A stretch of 64,000 nt of DNA from an uncultured Bacilli bacterium (GCA_934096315.1 CAKOLT010000003.1:3863-67862), one strand, 5' to 3'; shown: positions 39,016-47,709, numbered from the stretch's first letter. A program made the numbers and translations. Notes: generated by a model from the sequence alone, not told the origin.

Positions 39016-40191
39016 CTAAATGTTTATATCTAGATAATTTTTATTAATTGTTATTTTTTTTGTATTGTTAATAGCTTCTTCTACTAGAAGTTTATAATCT
39101 AATTTTTCTTCTTCAAAGAGTACTTTATCTTCTTTTGGATTTATTACTGGATGTTTAGGTAAAAATATGGTACAACAATCTTCGTATGGTAAAATACTTG
39201 TATCATAAGTTCCAATTTTTTTTGCTATATCTATAATTTCTAATTTATCATAACACGCAAGTGGTCTTATTACGGGAATATCTACAACTCGATTTATAAC
39301 ATTCATGCTAGTTAGAGTTTGACTTGCGACTTGTCCAATAGATTCACCATTTACTAGGATAAGAGCATTTCTTTTATCCATTATTTTTTTGCTTATTCTA
39401 TACATCATTCTTCTCATGATGGTTATCATATAATTAGGATCACAGTTTTTATATATTTCTTCTTGAATATGGGTAAAATTAACGACATGTAATATAATAT
39501 TTCCTTGATAACCTGCTAATTTAGAGGTTAATTTTTTTACTTTGTTTAATGCTTGCTCACTTGTATGTGGTGGTGACTCAAAGTAAATACATTCTAGTTT
39601 TACTCCTCTTTTCATAGCGAGGTATCCTGCTACTGGAGAATCAATTCCTCCAGAGAGCATTAGTAAACCTTTACCTGCAACACCAAGTGGATAACCACCA
39701 CTACCCATTACCTCTTTATCATAAATATAGGTATAATTATCTCTGATTTCTATTTTTAATATAAAATCAGGAGTATGGATATTAACTTTTTTACCTTCAA
39801 TATTTTTTAAAATTAACCATCCAATTAAATTATTAAATTCCATACTAGGAATAGGAAATTCTTTATAACTTCTTTTTGTTTCAACTTTAAATGTTGCAAA
39901 ATCGTTTTTTTGGCATACTTCTAATGCCAATTTTTTGATTTCTTCAATATTAGTATTAACTTTATAGACGATAGCTATACTATGGATACCAAAAACTTTT
40001 TTTAGCATTTCTACTATTTTTTCTATATCTTCATCTGTTTCAATAAACATTCTTACTCTATTTTTGCTTATTTTTACATTGAATCCTTCTAAAAGATTTT
40101 TTATGTTTTCGTATAATAGATTAATAAATAGATTTCTATTGCCATCTTTTGTAGTTAATTCTCCGTATTTAATTAATATAACTTTATTCAT
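39016..40191 (-). CDS. thiI: tRNA 4-thiouridine(8) synthase ThiI
   Basis: N-terminal ferredoxin-like/THUMP region (ILIKYGELTTKDGNR) and a PP-loop (LSGGIDSPVAGYL); 391 aa with no rhodanese domain. Confidence 0.9.
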   Translation of the reverse strand: MNKVILIKYGELTTKDGNRNLFINLLYENIKNLLEGFNVKISKNRVRMFIETDEDIEKIVEMLKKVFGIHSIAIVYKVNTNIEEIKKLALEVCQKNDFATFKVETKRSYKEFPIPSMEFNNLIGWLILKNIEGKKVNIHTPDFILKIEIRDNYTYIYDKEVMGSGGYPLGVAGKGLLMLSGGIDSPVAGYLAMKRGVKLECIYFESPPHTSEQALNKVKKLTSKLAGYQGNIILHVVNFTHIQEEIYKNCDPNYMITIMRRMMYRISKKIMDKRNALILVNGESIGQVASQTLTSMNVINRVVDIPVIRPLACYDKLEIIDIAKKIGTYDTSILPYEDCCTIFLPKHPVINPKEDKVLFEEEKLDYKLLVEEAINNTKKITINKNYLDINI

Positions 40192-41953
40192 TGTTTTCCT
40201 CCTTAATGCTTTCCATAAATGTGTCTACCATATTTTTAGGAATTATTTCCATAAGTTCTTCTCTACTAGCTTCTTTTATTTTATTTATGGTTTTAAATTT
40301 TTTTAATAGTTTTGTTTTTCTAACTTCCCCAATACCGGGAGTATTATCTAAAATACTTCCAAGAGATGATTTACTTCTGATATTGCGATGATAACTGATA
40401 GTATAGTTATGTACTTCGTCTTGCATTCTTGTAAGAAGTAAAAATAGATCACTTCCCTTATCAATTTTTATTTCTCTAATTGGATTATCTCCGAGTAGTG
40501 TATTTGTGTTGTGTTTATCATCTTTTTTAAGACCACATACGGGAATATTCATTTTGAGTTCTTCTAAAACTTTTCTAGCAACATTAATCTGTCCAATACC
40601 ACCATCAACAATTATTAAATCTGGGGGATCTAAATGGTCTTTTAATACACGAAAATATCTACGATAGATGACTTCTTGCATTGTAAAGTAGTCATCATTT
40701 TTGTCATTAGTTATTTTGTACTTACGATATTCATTTTTACATGGTTTACCATCAATAAAAACTACCATTCCGGAAACGTTGAAACTACCAAATAAATTAG
40801 AATTATCAAACAATTCTATTCTACTTAATTTTGGAAGATTAAGTAATTTTTTTAGTGTGTTCATTCCCTCAATTCTTTTTGTATCATCCTTTTTGATTAT
40901 TGATATTTGTTCGTTAAAGTAATTTTCGGCATTTGTTTTTGCTAGCTTAAGGATATTTTTTTTCATTCCTTTTTTAGGCACCAAAAAATTTATACCAAGT
41001 GCTTCTTTATATAAAGAAACATCTATAATATCAGATATGAATACTTCTTTTGGAGGCAGATGTTTACTGTAAAAGTCTGTGATATAACCTCCGACTTCTT
41101 CGGAAATGGTGTCCACTAGAGGGAATATTATATTCTTACTGTCAAGAAGTTTTCCTCCCCTTATAAATAGAATACTTATGGAAATGTAATTTCCATCTGA
41201 ATAATGGTTTATGACATCAATATCATAGTTTGCATCTAATTCTACTTTTTGTTTTTCTAAAGTGATATTTATATATTCTAACATTTCTTTGTACTCTAAT
41301 GCTTTTTCAAAATACATTTTGTCTGATGATTCTTTCATTTTCTCTTTTAATTTATCTGTTATAATTGTGTCATTTCCATTAAAAAAAGATATTATGTCAT
41401 CTTTCATTTTTTTAATTACTTCATCGTCTATTTTATTATTACAGTAGCCTAAGCATTGTCCAATATGATAATACAAGCATTCTTTTTTACCATAGGTTTT
41501 GCATTTACGAAGGGGATATATTCTGTTTATTATTTCTACTACTTTTCGGGCTGCACTAACATTTGGATATGGACCATATAATCTTCGGTTTTTACTTTTT
41601 TTTATGTGAGGATTTCTAACTATTAATAATCTTGGTACTTTATCATTTGTAAGTTCTATATAAGGATATGTTTTGTCATCACGAAGTAAGATGTTATATT
41701 TGGGATTATATTTTTTTATTAAGTTTATTTCTAAAAGAAGTGCCTCAAGTTCTGATGATGTTAATATGTATTCAAAATCATATATATCATTTACAAGCAT
41801 CATTGTTTTACCTGTATGACTACTGTGAAAATATGAGGTTAATCTGTTTTTTAAATTTTTACTTTTACCAACATATATAATGTAGCCATTTATATCTTTC
41901 ATTAAATAGCAACCTGGGGTATGTGGAACAAGGGCAAGTTTTTCCTTTATCAT
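40184..41953 (-). CDS. uvrC: Excinuclease ABC subunit C
   Basis: GIY-YIG N-terminus (PGCYLMKDINGYIIYVGKSKNLKNRLTSY), UVR domain, Endo V-like domain and a C-terminal HhH (PGIGEVRKTKLLKKF). Confidence 0.95.
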   Translation of the reverse strand: MIKEKLALVPHTPGCYLMKDINGYIIYVGKSKNLKNRLTSYFHSSHTGKTMMLVNDIYDFEYILTSSELEALLLEINLIKKYNPKYNILLRDDKTYPYIELTNDKVPRLLIVRNPHIKKSKNRRLYGPYPNVSAARKVVEIINRIYPLRKCKTYGKKECLYYHIGQCLGYCNNKIDDEVIKKMKDDIISFFNGNDTIITDKLKEKMKESSDKMYFEKALEYKEMLEYINITLEKQKVELDANYDIDVINHYSDGNYISISILFIRGGKLLDSKNIIFPLVDTISEEVGGYITDFYSKHLPPKEVFISDIIDVSLYKEALGINFLVPKKGMKKNILKLAKTNAENYFNEQISIIKKDDTKRIEGMNTLKKLLNLPKLSRIELFDNSNLFGSFNVSGMVVFIDGKPCKNEYRKYKITNDKNDDYFTMQEVIYRRYFRVLKDHLDPPDLIIVDGGIGQINVARKVLEELKMNIPVCGLKKDDKHNTNTLLGDNPIREIKIDKGSDLFLLLTRMQDEVHNYTISYHRNIRSKSSLGSILDNTPGIGEVRKTKLLKKFKTINKIKEASREELMEIIPKNMVDTFMESIKEENNE

Positions 41954-41957
41954 AATA

Positions 41958-43466
41958 TCACCTATTTTTCTCTAATGTTTTTTTCTTTATTTTTGAATTT
42001 TCTATCATAGAAATAGAACAATTTTCATTATTTAGTAAGCACCTTCTTCCTAAAACCTCCTTTCTGGGTATTTCTAATAACTGAAGTGATTTATTAAATT
42101 CTAAGAATCCATCTCCGATTTGTTCTATATTTGGTAGATATAGATTTTGAAGATACTTATTATTAACTAGGCATCTATTTCCTATTATTCTCACTTTTTC
42201 AAGGGTTAATTCATTTAACAGTATTGCGTTAGTTAGAAATCCATCTCCAGCTTCTTCCAGATTTGGAAGTTCTAGTTTGTTTATATTTAAAGAAGAGCGT
42301 AAGAATTCATTTCCTATTTTTAATAAATCTGGGGTAATAAATTTTCTTATAACTTTATTGTTGGTCATAAACCAAGAACCAATATATTTTAATTTATGGG
42401 CTATAAAGAATTCTAAAGTATTATTGTTGAATAAGAAATTATCGGGAATATTTTCTATATTTTCTAATTTTAGTGAAGTTATTACATTATATTTATCAAT
42501 ATTTAAATAAATTTTTTCATCATGATGTCCCTGTATTGAAATAATCTTATCACCATCACATTTTTTTATCTCAATTAATTTTATATTGGGAATTATCTTT
42601 GTAAAACTATCTTTATTACCGTTTAAATCTATAATTTTTTTATCTACTAATGATATTATAAAATAATCTACTACTAAATATTTGCTTTTATCTAGTTTTA
42701 TAATTTTATTGTCTTTTATTATTACATTATCATGACAGTAATAAGTACCATTTGTAGCGTAATTATATCTATAAAACTTACCATCTACTGCTCGTACGTA
42801 GTTTGGTAGACTAAAATCAATATTTTTATATTTTTGCACAAGACCATAAGTTATTTCGAAAGCTTGTGTTAAACCTACTACTATATTATCTAGGTTATTT
42901 GAAAAAGTAGCATCTGGTCTAGGGGCACTTTCATTATATCTATTTTTTATAGATAGACAGTTAGTTCCATCTTTCTTAAATTGAATGCTTATAACGGAAG
43001 TTCCATATTTATCTTGTCTAGAGGGATTTTTAAATTCTTCTCTGCGTAATTTTTCAGCATCTTCATGGACTGCGAAGAAAACTCTACATTCTTTTAATCT
43101 TTGACTACGGAAGGTACACAGTTCTTCGTTTTTTGCATAATATCTCTGGTACATCATTATCTCTTCATTAGTTTTACATTCTTTTAAACTATATCCAGCC
43201 TGACTCATTAATTGTTCTGGAGTTTTACCCAAAGTATTACATTTTTGTTCTTCAAGTTTTATGAGCCCCAGTATATAGTTATTAAATTCATTTAGTTTAT
43301 GATTATTAATAATATCATCAAATAAGATATGGCTTGTATTAAAATTATCTAAAAGTATTTTACATAATAGGCCTTCTATTTCTAAAATTGTAGAAAAGTT
43401 ATCCCTACAATAACGGGCCATTTTTTCTCCATATTTTCTTTTAATAATCTTTAAATCTTTACTCAT
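41958..43466 (-). CDS. Hypothetical cytoplasmic protein with C-terminal BspA-type leucine-rich repeats
   Basis: The C-terminal ~170 aa contain repeated units with IGxxFLxxNxxLxxLxLPNLExxGDGFL spacing (LRR_5-like). I do not recognise the N-terminal ~330 aa, and there is no signal peptide or TM segment. The ATG at 43466 follows GGGGGA. Confidence 0.55.
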   Translation of the reverse strand: MSKDLKIIKRKYGEKMARYCRDNFSTILEIEGLLCKILLDNFNTSHILFDDIINNHKLNEFNNYILGLIKLEEQKCNTLGKTPEQLMSQAGYSLKECKTNEEIMMYQRYYAKNEELCTFRSQRLKECRVFFAVHEDAEKLRREEFKNPSRQDKYGTSVISIQFKKDGTNCLSIKNRYNESAPRPDATFSNNLDNIVVGLTQAFEITYGLVQKYKNIDFSLPNYVRAVDGKFYRYNYATNGTYYCHDNVIIKDNKIIKLDKSKYLVVDYFIISLVDKKIIDLNGNKDSFTKIIPNIKLIEIKKCDGDKIISIQGHHDEKIYLNIDKYNVITSLKLENIENIPDNFLFNNNTLEFFIAHKLKYIGSWFMTNNKVIRKFITPDLLKIGNEFLRSSLNINKLELPNLEEAGDGFLTNAILLNELTLEKVRIIGNRCLVNNKYLQNLYLPNIEQIGDGFLEFNKSLQLLEIPRKEVLGRRCLLNNENCSISMIENSKIKKKTLEKNR

Positions 43467-43540
43467 ATAATCCCCCATAAGTACATTTTAACATAAAATA
43501 TATTTTTAATCAATTCTTTCAGTGTATTTAAGATATAAAG

Positions 43541-43568
43541 AAAAAACCTATGTATTATTACACATAAG
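43541..43568 (-). terminator. Intrinsic terminator distal to the duplicated nrdG 3' segment
   Basis: On the minus strand, CTTATGT-GTAATAAT-ACATAGG (one G-U pair) is followed by TTTTTT. The 3' arm and T-run exist only after the distal repeat copy. Confidence 0.45.
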
Positions 43569-43852
43569 TCTTTCTTGCGAACTTTCTCATATTATTCATA
43601 TTATTTGTTTTATATTTTTCTAATTCAATAGGTTTATTTTCACGTAAGCTCTCTTTAACATCAATAATCCTTTGATTGCTAGAACCTCTAAAAATTACAT
43701 CTGTATTATTACACATAAGTCTTTCTTGCGAACTTTCTCATATTATTCATATTATTTGTTTTATATTTTTCTAATTCAATAGGTTTATTTTCACGTAAGC
43801 TCTCTTTAACATCAATAATCCTTTGATTGCTAGAACCTCTAAAAATTACATC
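43551..43852. repeat. Perfect 151-bp tandem direct duplication (2 copies)
   Basis: 43551..43701 is identical base for base to 43702..43852. The unit comprises the last 48 codons of nrdG, 7 nt of 3' flank and part of the terminator stem. Confidence 0.95.
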
Positions 43853-44269
43853 AAAACTTTTTTTATCTATCATAAATTCACCGTCTACTAGAACGTCAAT
43901 ATTTTGTAATAATTCTTTTATTAGAGGCTCTTTATCTATTCTTTTTAATAGATCATCAAATAGAAATCCTGTATAACACCATACATTTAAGTTAATGCTT
44001 TTAGCATATTTACATATATCTAAAACGGGTTCTACTTGATATAAAGGATCACCTCCAGATAAAGTAATACCATCTTGATGTTCTAACCTTGATAATTCTT
44101 CCTTTATAGTATCAGTGTCTACTAAAAAACCTCCGGAAAAACTATGTGTTTCTGGATTATGGCACATAGGACATTTATGACCACAGCCTTGTGTCCATAT
44201 TACTGTCCTTATGCCTTCTCCATCAACAATACTGTCATAATCTAAATCTCTTGCTAACCTAATTTCCAT
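43709..44269 (-). CDS. nrdG: Anaerobic ribonucleoside-triphosphate reductase activating protein (radical SAM)
   Basis: CGHKCPMCHN (CxxxCxxC) near the N-terminus and GGDPL; 186 aa. Its ATG overlaps the upstream TAA (TAATG). Confidence 0.9.
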   Translation of the reverse strand: MEIRLARDLDYDSIVDGEGIRTVIWTQGCGHKCPMCHNPETHSFSGGFLVDTDTIKEELSRLEHQDGITLSGGDPLYQVEPVLDICKYAKSINLNVWCYTGFLFDDLLKRIDKEPLIKELLQNIDVLVDGEFMIDKKSFDVIFRGSSNQRIIDVKESLRENKPIELEKYKTNNMNNMRKFARKTYV

Positions 44270-44451
44270 TATTTACAAAGACCACAGGGAATTATACCAT
44301 CAGTACCGTGTTTTACTCTATCTCTTTCTTCTGCTCTTTTACCATTATTAAACCTATCAGTTGTTCCTACTAAATATCCAGTAATTCTTCTTATTCTTTC
44401 AAAACCAATACCTTCCCCAACTGTTTTACATTCTTTAACTTCTTCTCTCAT
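44269..44451 (-). CDS. Stand-alone NrdD C-terminal glycyl-radical segment (60 aa), or frameshifted 3' end of nrdD
   Basis: MREEVKECKTVGEGIGFERIRRITGYLVGTTDRFNNGKRAEERDRVKH... contains the NrdD glycyl-radical signature R-I-x-G-Y-L and FNxGKxxExxxRxxH. The ATG lies 7 nt after AGGAGG. The ORF is in the +1 frame relative to the main nrdD ORF, with a 17-nt overlap. Confidence 0.75.
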   Translation of the reverse strand: MREEVKECKTVGEGIGFERIRRITGYLVGTTDRFNNGKRAEERDRVKHGTDGIIPCGLCK

Positions 44452-46750
44452 TTTGAGCTCCTCCTAATTCTTTTAATTTTTCAACGCTAACTCCCTCACC
44501 GGCATGTCTACCACATCCAGGACAAACATCACCAATTATACCTACATAACCGCATACTGGATCTCTATCTACAGGATGGTTAATAGCACCATAACCGAAG
44601 TTTGCTTCCTTCATAAGTCTTACGATTTTCTCAAAGGCATCTACATTTTTAGTAGTATCTCCATCTAATTCAATATAACTTATATGTCCTGCATTAGTCC
44701 ATTCGTGATAAGGTCCTTCAATTTTTATTTTTTTAGCAATGCTAATATTGTAATATACAGGAACATGGAAAGAATTTGTATAATATTCTCTATCTGTTAC
44801 GCCTTTAATTCTTCCATAAATTGCTTTATCTATATTTACAAACCTTCCAGATAATCCTTCTGCAGGAGTTGCTAGGCAGGTAAAATTTAAATTATATTCT
44901 TTTGAGTATTCATCACATTTACTTCTCATGAATTTTATAATTTTATGTCCTAATTTATTAGTTTCTTCACTCTCTCCATGGTGTTTACCTGTTAAAGCTT
45001 TTAAACATTCTGCAAGTCCAATGAATCCAATAGATAAGGTTCCATGTTTAAGTACTTTTCTTAATCTATCATTAGGTTTTAATTTCTCACTATCAATCCA
45101 GTTACCTTGTCCTAGAAGAAATGGGAAATTATATAGTTTTTTACTACACTGGATATCAAACCTTTCTAATAATTGATCTTTAACTAAATCCATTAGTTCT
45201 TCTAGTTCTTTGAAAAATCCATCAATGTCTGCTTTATCTCTTTCTTTAAGAGCTATACCGTGTTTTATTCCAAGTCTTGGTAGATTAATTGAAGTAAAGG
45301 ATAAATTTCCTCTTCCTGGGGTTATAGCTTTAGATTCATCTATTACATTGGCAAGTACTCTAGTTCTACATCCCATATAACCTACTTCAGTTCTGTAATC
45401 TCCTTCTTTGTAATACTCCTTATTAAAACTTGAATCAAGGAAGGAAAAATTAGGGAATAGTCTTTTAGCAGATACTTCACAAGATAGTCTAAATAAGTCA
45501 TAGTTAGGGTCTTCTTTATTATAATTTACACCCTCTTTTACTTTGAAAATAGAAATTGGGAATATAGGTGTTTCGTTTTTACCTAATCCTGCTTCAACTG
45601 AAAGTAAGTAGTTTTTCATTACCATTCTTCCTTCTGGAGATGTATCTGTACCGAAGTTTACAGAAGAAAATGGCACTTGTGCTCCTGCTCTTGAATGCAT
45701 AGTGTTTAAATTATGGACAAAAGCTTCCATTGCTTGATAAGTTCTTCTATCTGTTTTCATATAAGCTATATCATATGCTTTATGAAATACTTTTAATAAA
45801 ACATCGCTGTCTTTAGCATAACCATCTAATAATCCTTTATCAAACTCTATACTAGATAGTTTATCTATATCTTTAGCTATTTTATCCATATTAATAAAAT
45901 TTTCAAAACCTGCAAAATCTAATAGTTCTGATATTGCTTGTTTGTATTGTTTTTTAAATGTTTTTAGGACTCCGGGAGCCATATAATAATCAAATGCAGG
46001 AATACTTTGTCCGCCATGTTGATCATTTTGGTTTGCCTGAATAGCTATCGCTGCTAAGGCTGAATAACTCATAATGTCTTGAGGTTCTCTTAAATAACCG
46101 TGCCCTGTTGAAAAACCATTTTTGAATAATTTTTCTAAATCTATTTGTGTGCATGTTGTTGTGCCCATTGGCATAAAATCCATATCATGGATATGTATAT
46201 CTCCATTTTCATGTGCATCAGCAAACTTTTTCTTCATGAAATAGGTTTTAGATAATTCTTTACCAATTGTACTTCCTAATTGAAGCATTGTTCCCATTGA
46301 AGAGTTTCCATCAATATTTGCGTTTTCTCTTTTGGTATTATCTTCTGTTGAACTTTTATATACTAATCCTTCAAATATTTTTGATATTTTATGTAACCTT
46401 TTATCCTCTAAAAAGGCTTGTCTTGATTGACTTCTTCTTTCTCTATATTCAGAAAAAGATTTATATACATCCATGTATTCATATTTTTGTAATGCGACTT
46501 CTATCATATCCTGGATAGTTTCTATTTTAATCTTTTCTTCATCCTTATATTCTTTTTCTATATTTTTAATTACAGCTTGATATATCTTTTGAATGTCTTT
46601 TTCTGTATATCTTGCTTCTTCATTTTCATTTACGATACTATCAAAACCTTTTTTAATAGCAACTGCTATTTTAGTACCATCAAAATCAACTTTTTTGCCA
46701 TTTCTTTTAATTACTTTTAATGTGTTTACAGCTTCTTCTGTATTTACCAT
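44435..46750 (-). CDS. nrdD: Anaerobic (class III) ribonucleoside-triphosphate reductase catalytic subunit, lacking the glycyl-radical loop
   Basis: N-terminal ATP-cone (VIKRNGKKVDFDGTKIAVAIKKGF), the class III core, and a C-terminal Cys cluster (VCGYVGIIGDVCPGCG). The ORF terminates 20 codons after the Cys cluster. Confidence 0.9.
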   Translation of the reverse strand: MVNTEEAVNTLKVIKRNGKKVDFDGTKIAVAIKKGFDSIVNENEEARYTEKDIQKIYQAVIKNIEKEYKDEEKIKIETIQDMIEVALQKYEYMDVYKSFSEYRERRSQSRQAFLEDKRLHKISKIFEGLVYKSSTEDNTKRENANIDGNSSMGTMLQLGSTIGKELSKTYFMKKKFADAHENGDIHIHDMDFMPMGTTTCTQIDLEKLFKNGFSTGHGYLREPQDIMSYSALAAIAIQANQNDQHGGQSIPAFDYYMAPGVLKTFKKQYKQAISELLDFAGFENFINMDKIAKDIDKLSSIEFDKGLLDGYAKDSDVLLKVFHKAYDIAYMKTDRRTYQAMEAFVHNLNTMHSRAGAQVPFSSVNFGTDTSPEGRMVMKNYLLSVEAGLGKNETPIFPISIFKVKEGVNYNKEDPNYDLFRLSCEVSAKRLFPNFSFLDSSFNKEYYKEGDYRTEVGYMGCRTRVLANVIDESKAITPGRGNLSFTSINLPRLGIKHGIALKERDKADIDGFFKELEELMDLVKDQLLERFDIQCSKKLYNFPFLLGQGNWIDSEKLKPNDRLRKVLKHGTLSIGFIGLAECLKALTGKHHGESEETNKLGHKIIKFMRSKCDEYSKEYNLNFTCLATPAEGLSGRFVNIDKAIYGRIKGVTDREYYTNSFHVPVYYNISIAKKIKIEGPYHEWTNAGHISYIELDGDTTKNVDAFEKIVRLMKEANFGYGAINHPVDRDPVCGYVGIIGDVCPGCGRHAGEGVSVEKLKELGGAQNERRS

Positions 46751-46780
46751 TTTCTTACTCCTCCTATCATTTACAATCTA

Positions 46781-46809
46781 ATTATACCTTAGTAGTTTTT
46801 ATATGTCAA
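46781..46809 (-). promoter_or_regulatory. Consensus sigma-A type promoter for nrdD
   Basis: The minus strand reads TTGACA (46809..46804), 17 nt, TATAAT (46786..46781), about 30 nt upstream of the ATG with AGGAGGAG in between. Confidence 0.6.
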
Positions 46810-46822
46810 TAGTTTTTTGTTC

Positions 46823-47020
46823 GTTTTTAATTTTTTTGAATTTTTTTATTTTTGAATTTTGCAGTACTATTGTTTTTTACTATTTTTTAATTTTGTTTTT
46901 TGAATATTTTCCCTATTTTACGGCATTTTTATTTTTTTAGTTATCTGTTTTTTGCAGTTTTTGCTTTTTTGAAAAAATTCTTTTTTGATGTTTTTAATTT
47001 TTTTGAATTTTTTTATTTTT
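46823..47020. repeat. 31-bp perfect direct repeat pair within a T-tract array
   Basis: GTTTTTAATTTTTTTGAATTTTTTTATTTTT occurs at 46823..46853 and again at 46990..47020. The surrounding ~340 bp consist largely of T4-T8 runs. Confidence 0.85.
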
Positions 47021-47154
47021 AAAGCGTTCGTGTTAATAAACGTTACTTTTGTGTTAATATTTTTTTTAATTATAGACAAAATAAGACATAAAATGACTTA
47101 ACTATTAGTTAAATAATTAAGTCTTAGTTTGTATTTTTAATTTAAGAAAAAATC

Positions 47155-47709
47155 CTAAAATTTTACTTTAGGATTTTCTTTTTCTTTTTCATCTATTTTG
47201 AAGAATTCATACTTGGTAAATTTAAACATGCTTGCTACAATGTTTGATGGGAACATTTCAACAATGTTATTATACTGAAGAACTGTATCATTATAAAATG
47301 ATCTTGCATAACTGATTTTGTCTTCTGTATCTTTTAGATCTTCTTGCATTGTTTTAAAATTTTCATTTGCTTTTAAATCTGGATAAGATTCTGCTAGAGC
47401 GAATAATTTATTTAATGCTCCAGTTAATTTATTGTTAGCATCTATTTCTTCATTAATTGTACCTGCTGAATTTAATTTGTTGCGGGCTTCTATTACTTCC
47501 TTTAAAGTAGAATTTTCATGTTTAGCATATCCTTTTACGGTTTCTACTAAATTAGGTATTAAATCAACTCTTCTTTTAAGTTGGACATCTATTTGTGAAA
47601 ATTGATCTTTTACTTTATTTCTTGCATTAACAAGCTTATTATAAATACCTATTGCATAAAAAATTATAAATAATATGACCGCTATAACAACAATTAAAAC
47701 AATATTCAT
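47155..47709 (-). CDS. lemA: LemA-family protein
   Basis: N-terminal TM segment, then YNKLVNARNKVKDQFSQIDVQLKRRVDLIPNLVETVKGYAKHE...FYNDTVLQYNN (LemA family). Confidence 0.9.
   Translation of the reverse strand: MNIVLIVVIAVILFIIFYAIGIYNKLVNARNKVKDQFSQIDVQLKRRVDLIPNLVETVKGYAKHENSTLKEVIEARNKLNSAGTINEEIDANNKLTGALNKLFALAESYPDLKANENFKTMQEDLKDTEDKISYARSFYNDTVLQYNNIVEMFPSNIVASMFKFTKYEFFKIDEKEKENPKVKF

Noticed and set aside
46810-47150. I considered whether the repeats upstream of nrdD could be a CRISPR array or NrdR boxes.
   Set aside because: Only one 31-bp unit is repeated, twice, and it is embedded in homopolymeric T-tract sequence with no regular repeat-spacer periodicity and no cas genes. I could not fit the 16-bp palindromic NrdR consensus (acaCwAtATaTwGtgt) to any segment, including the GTGTTAATA pair, which is a direct repeat and not a palindrome.
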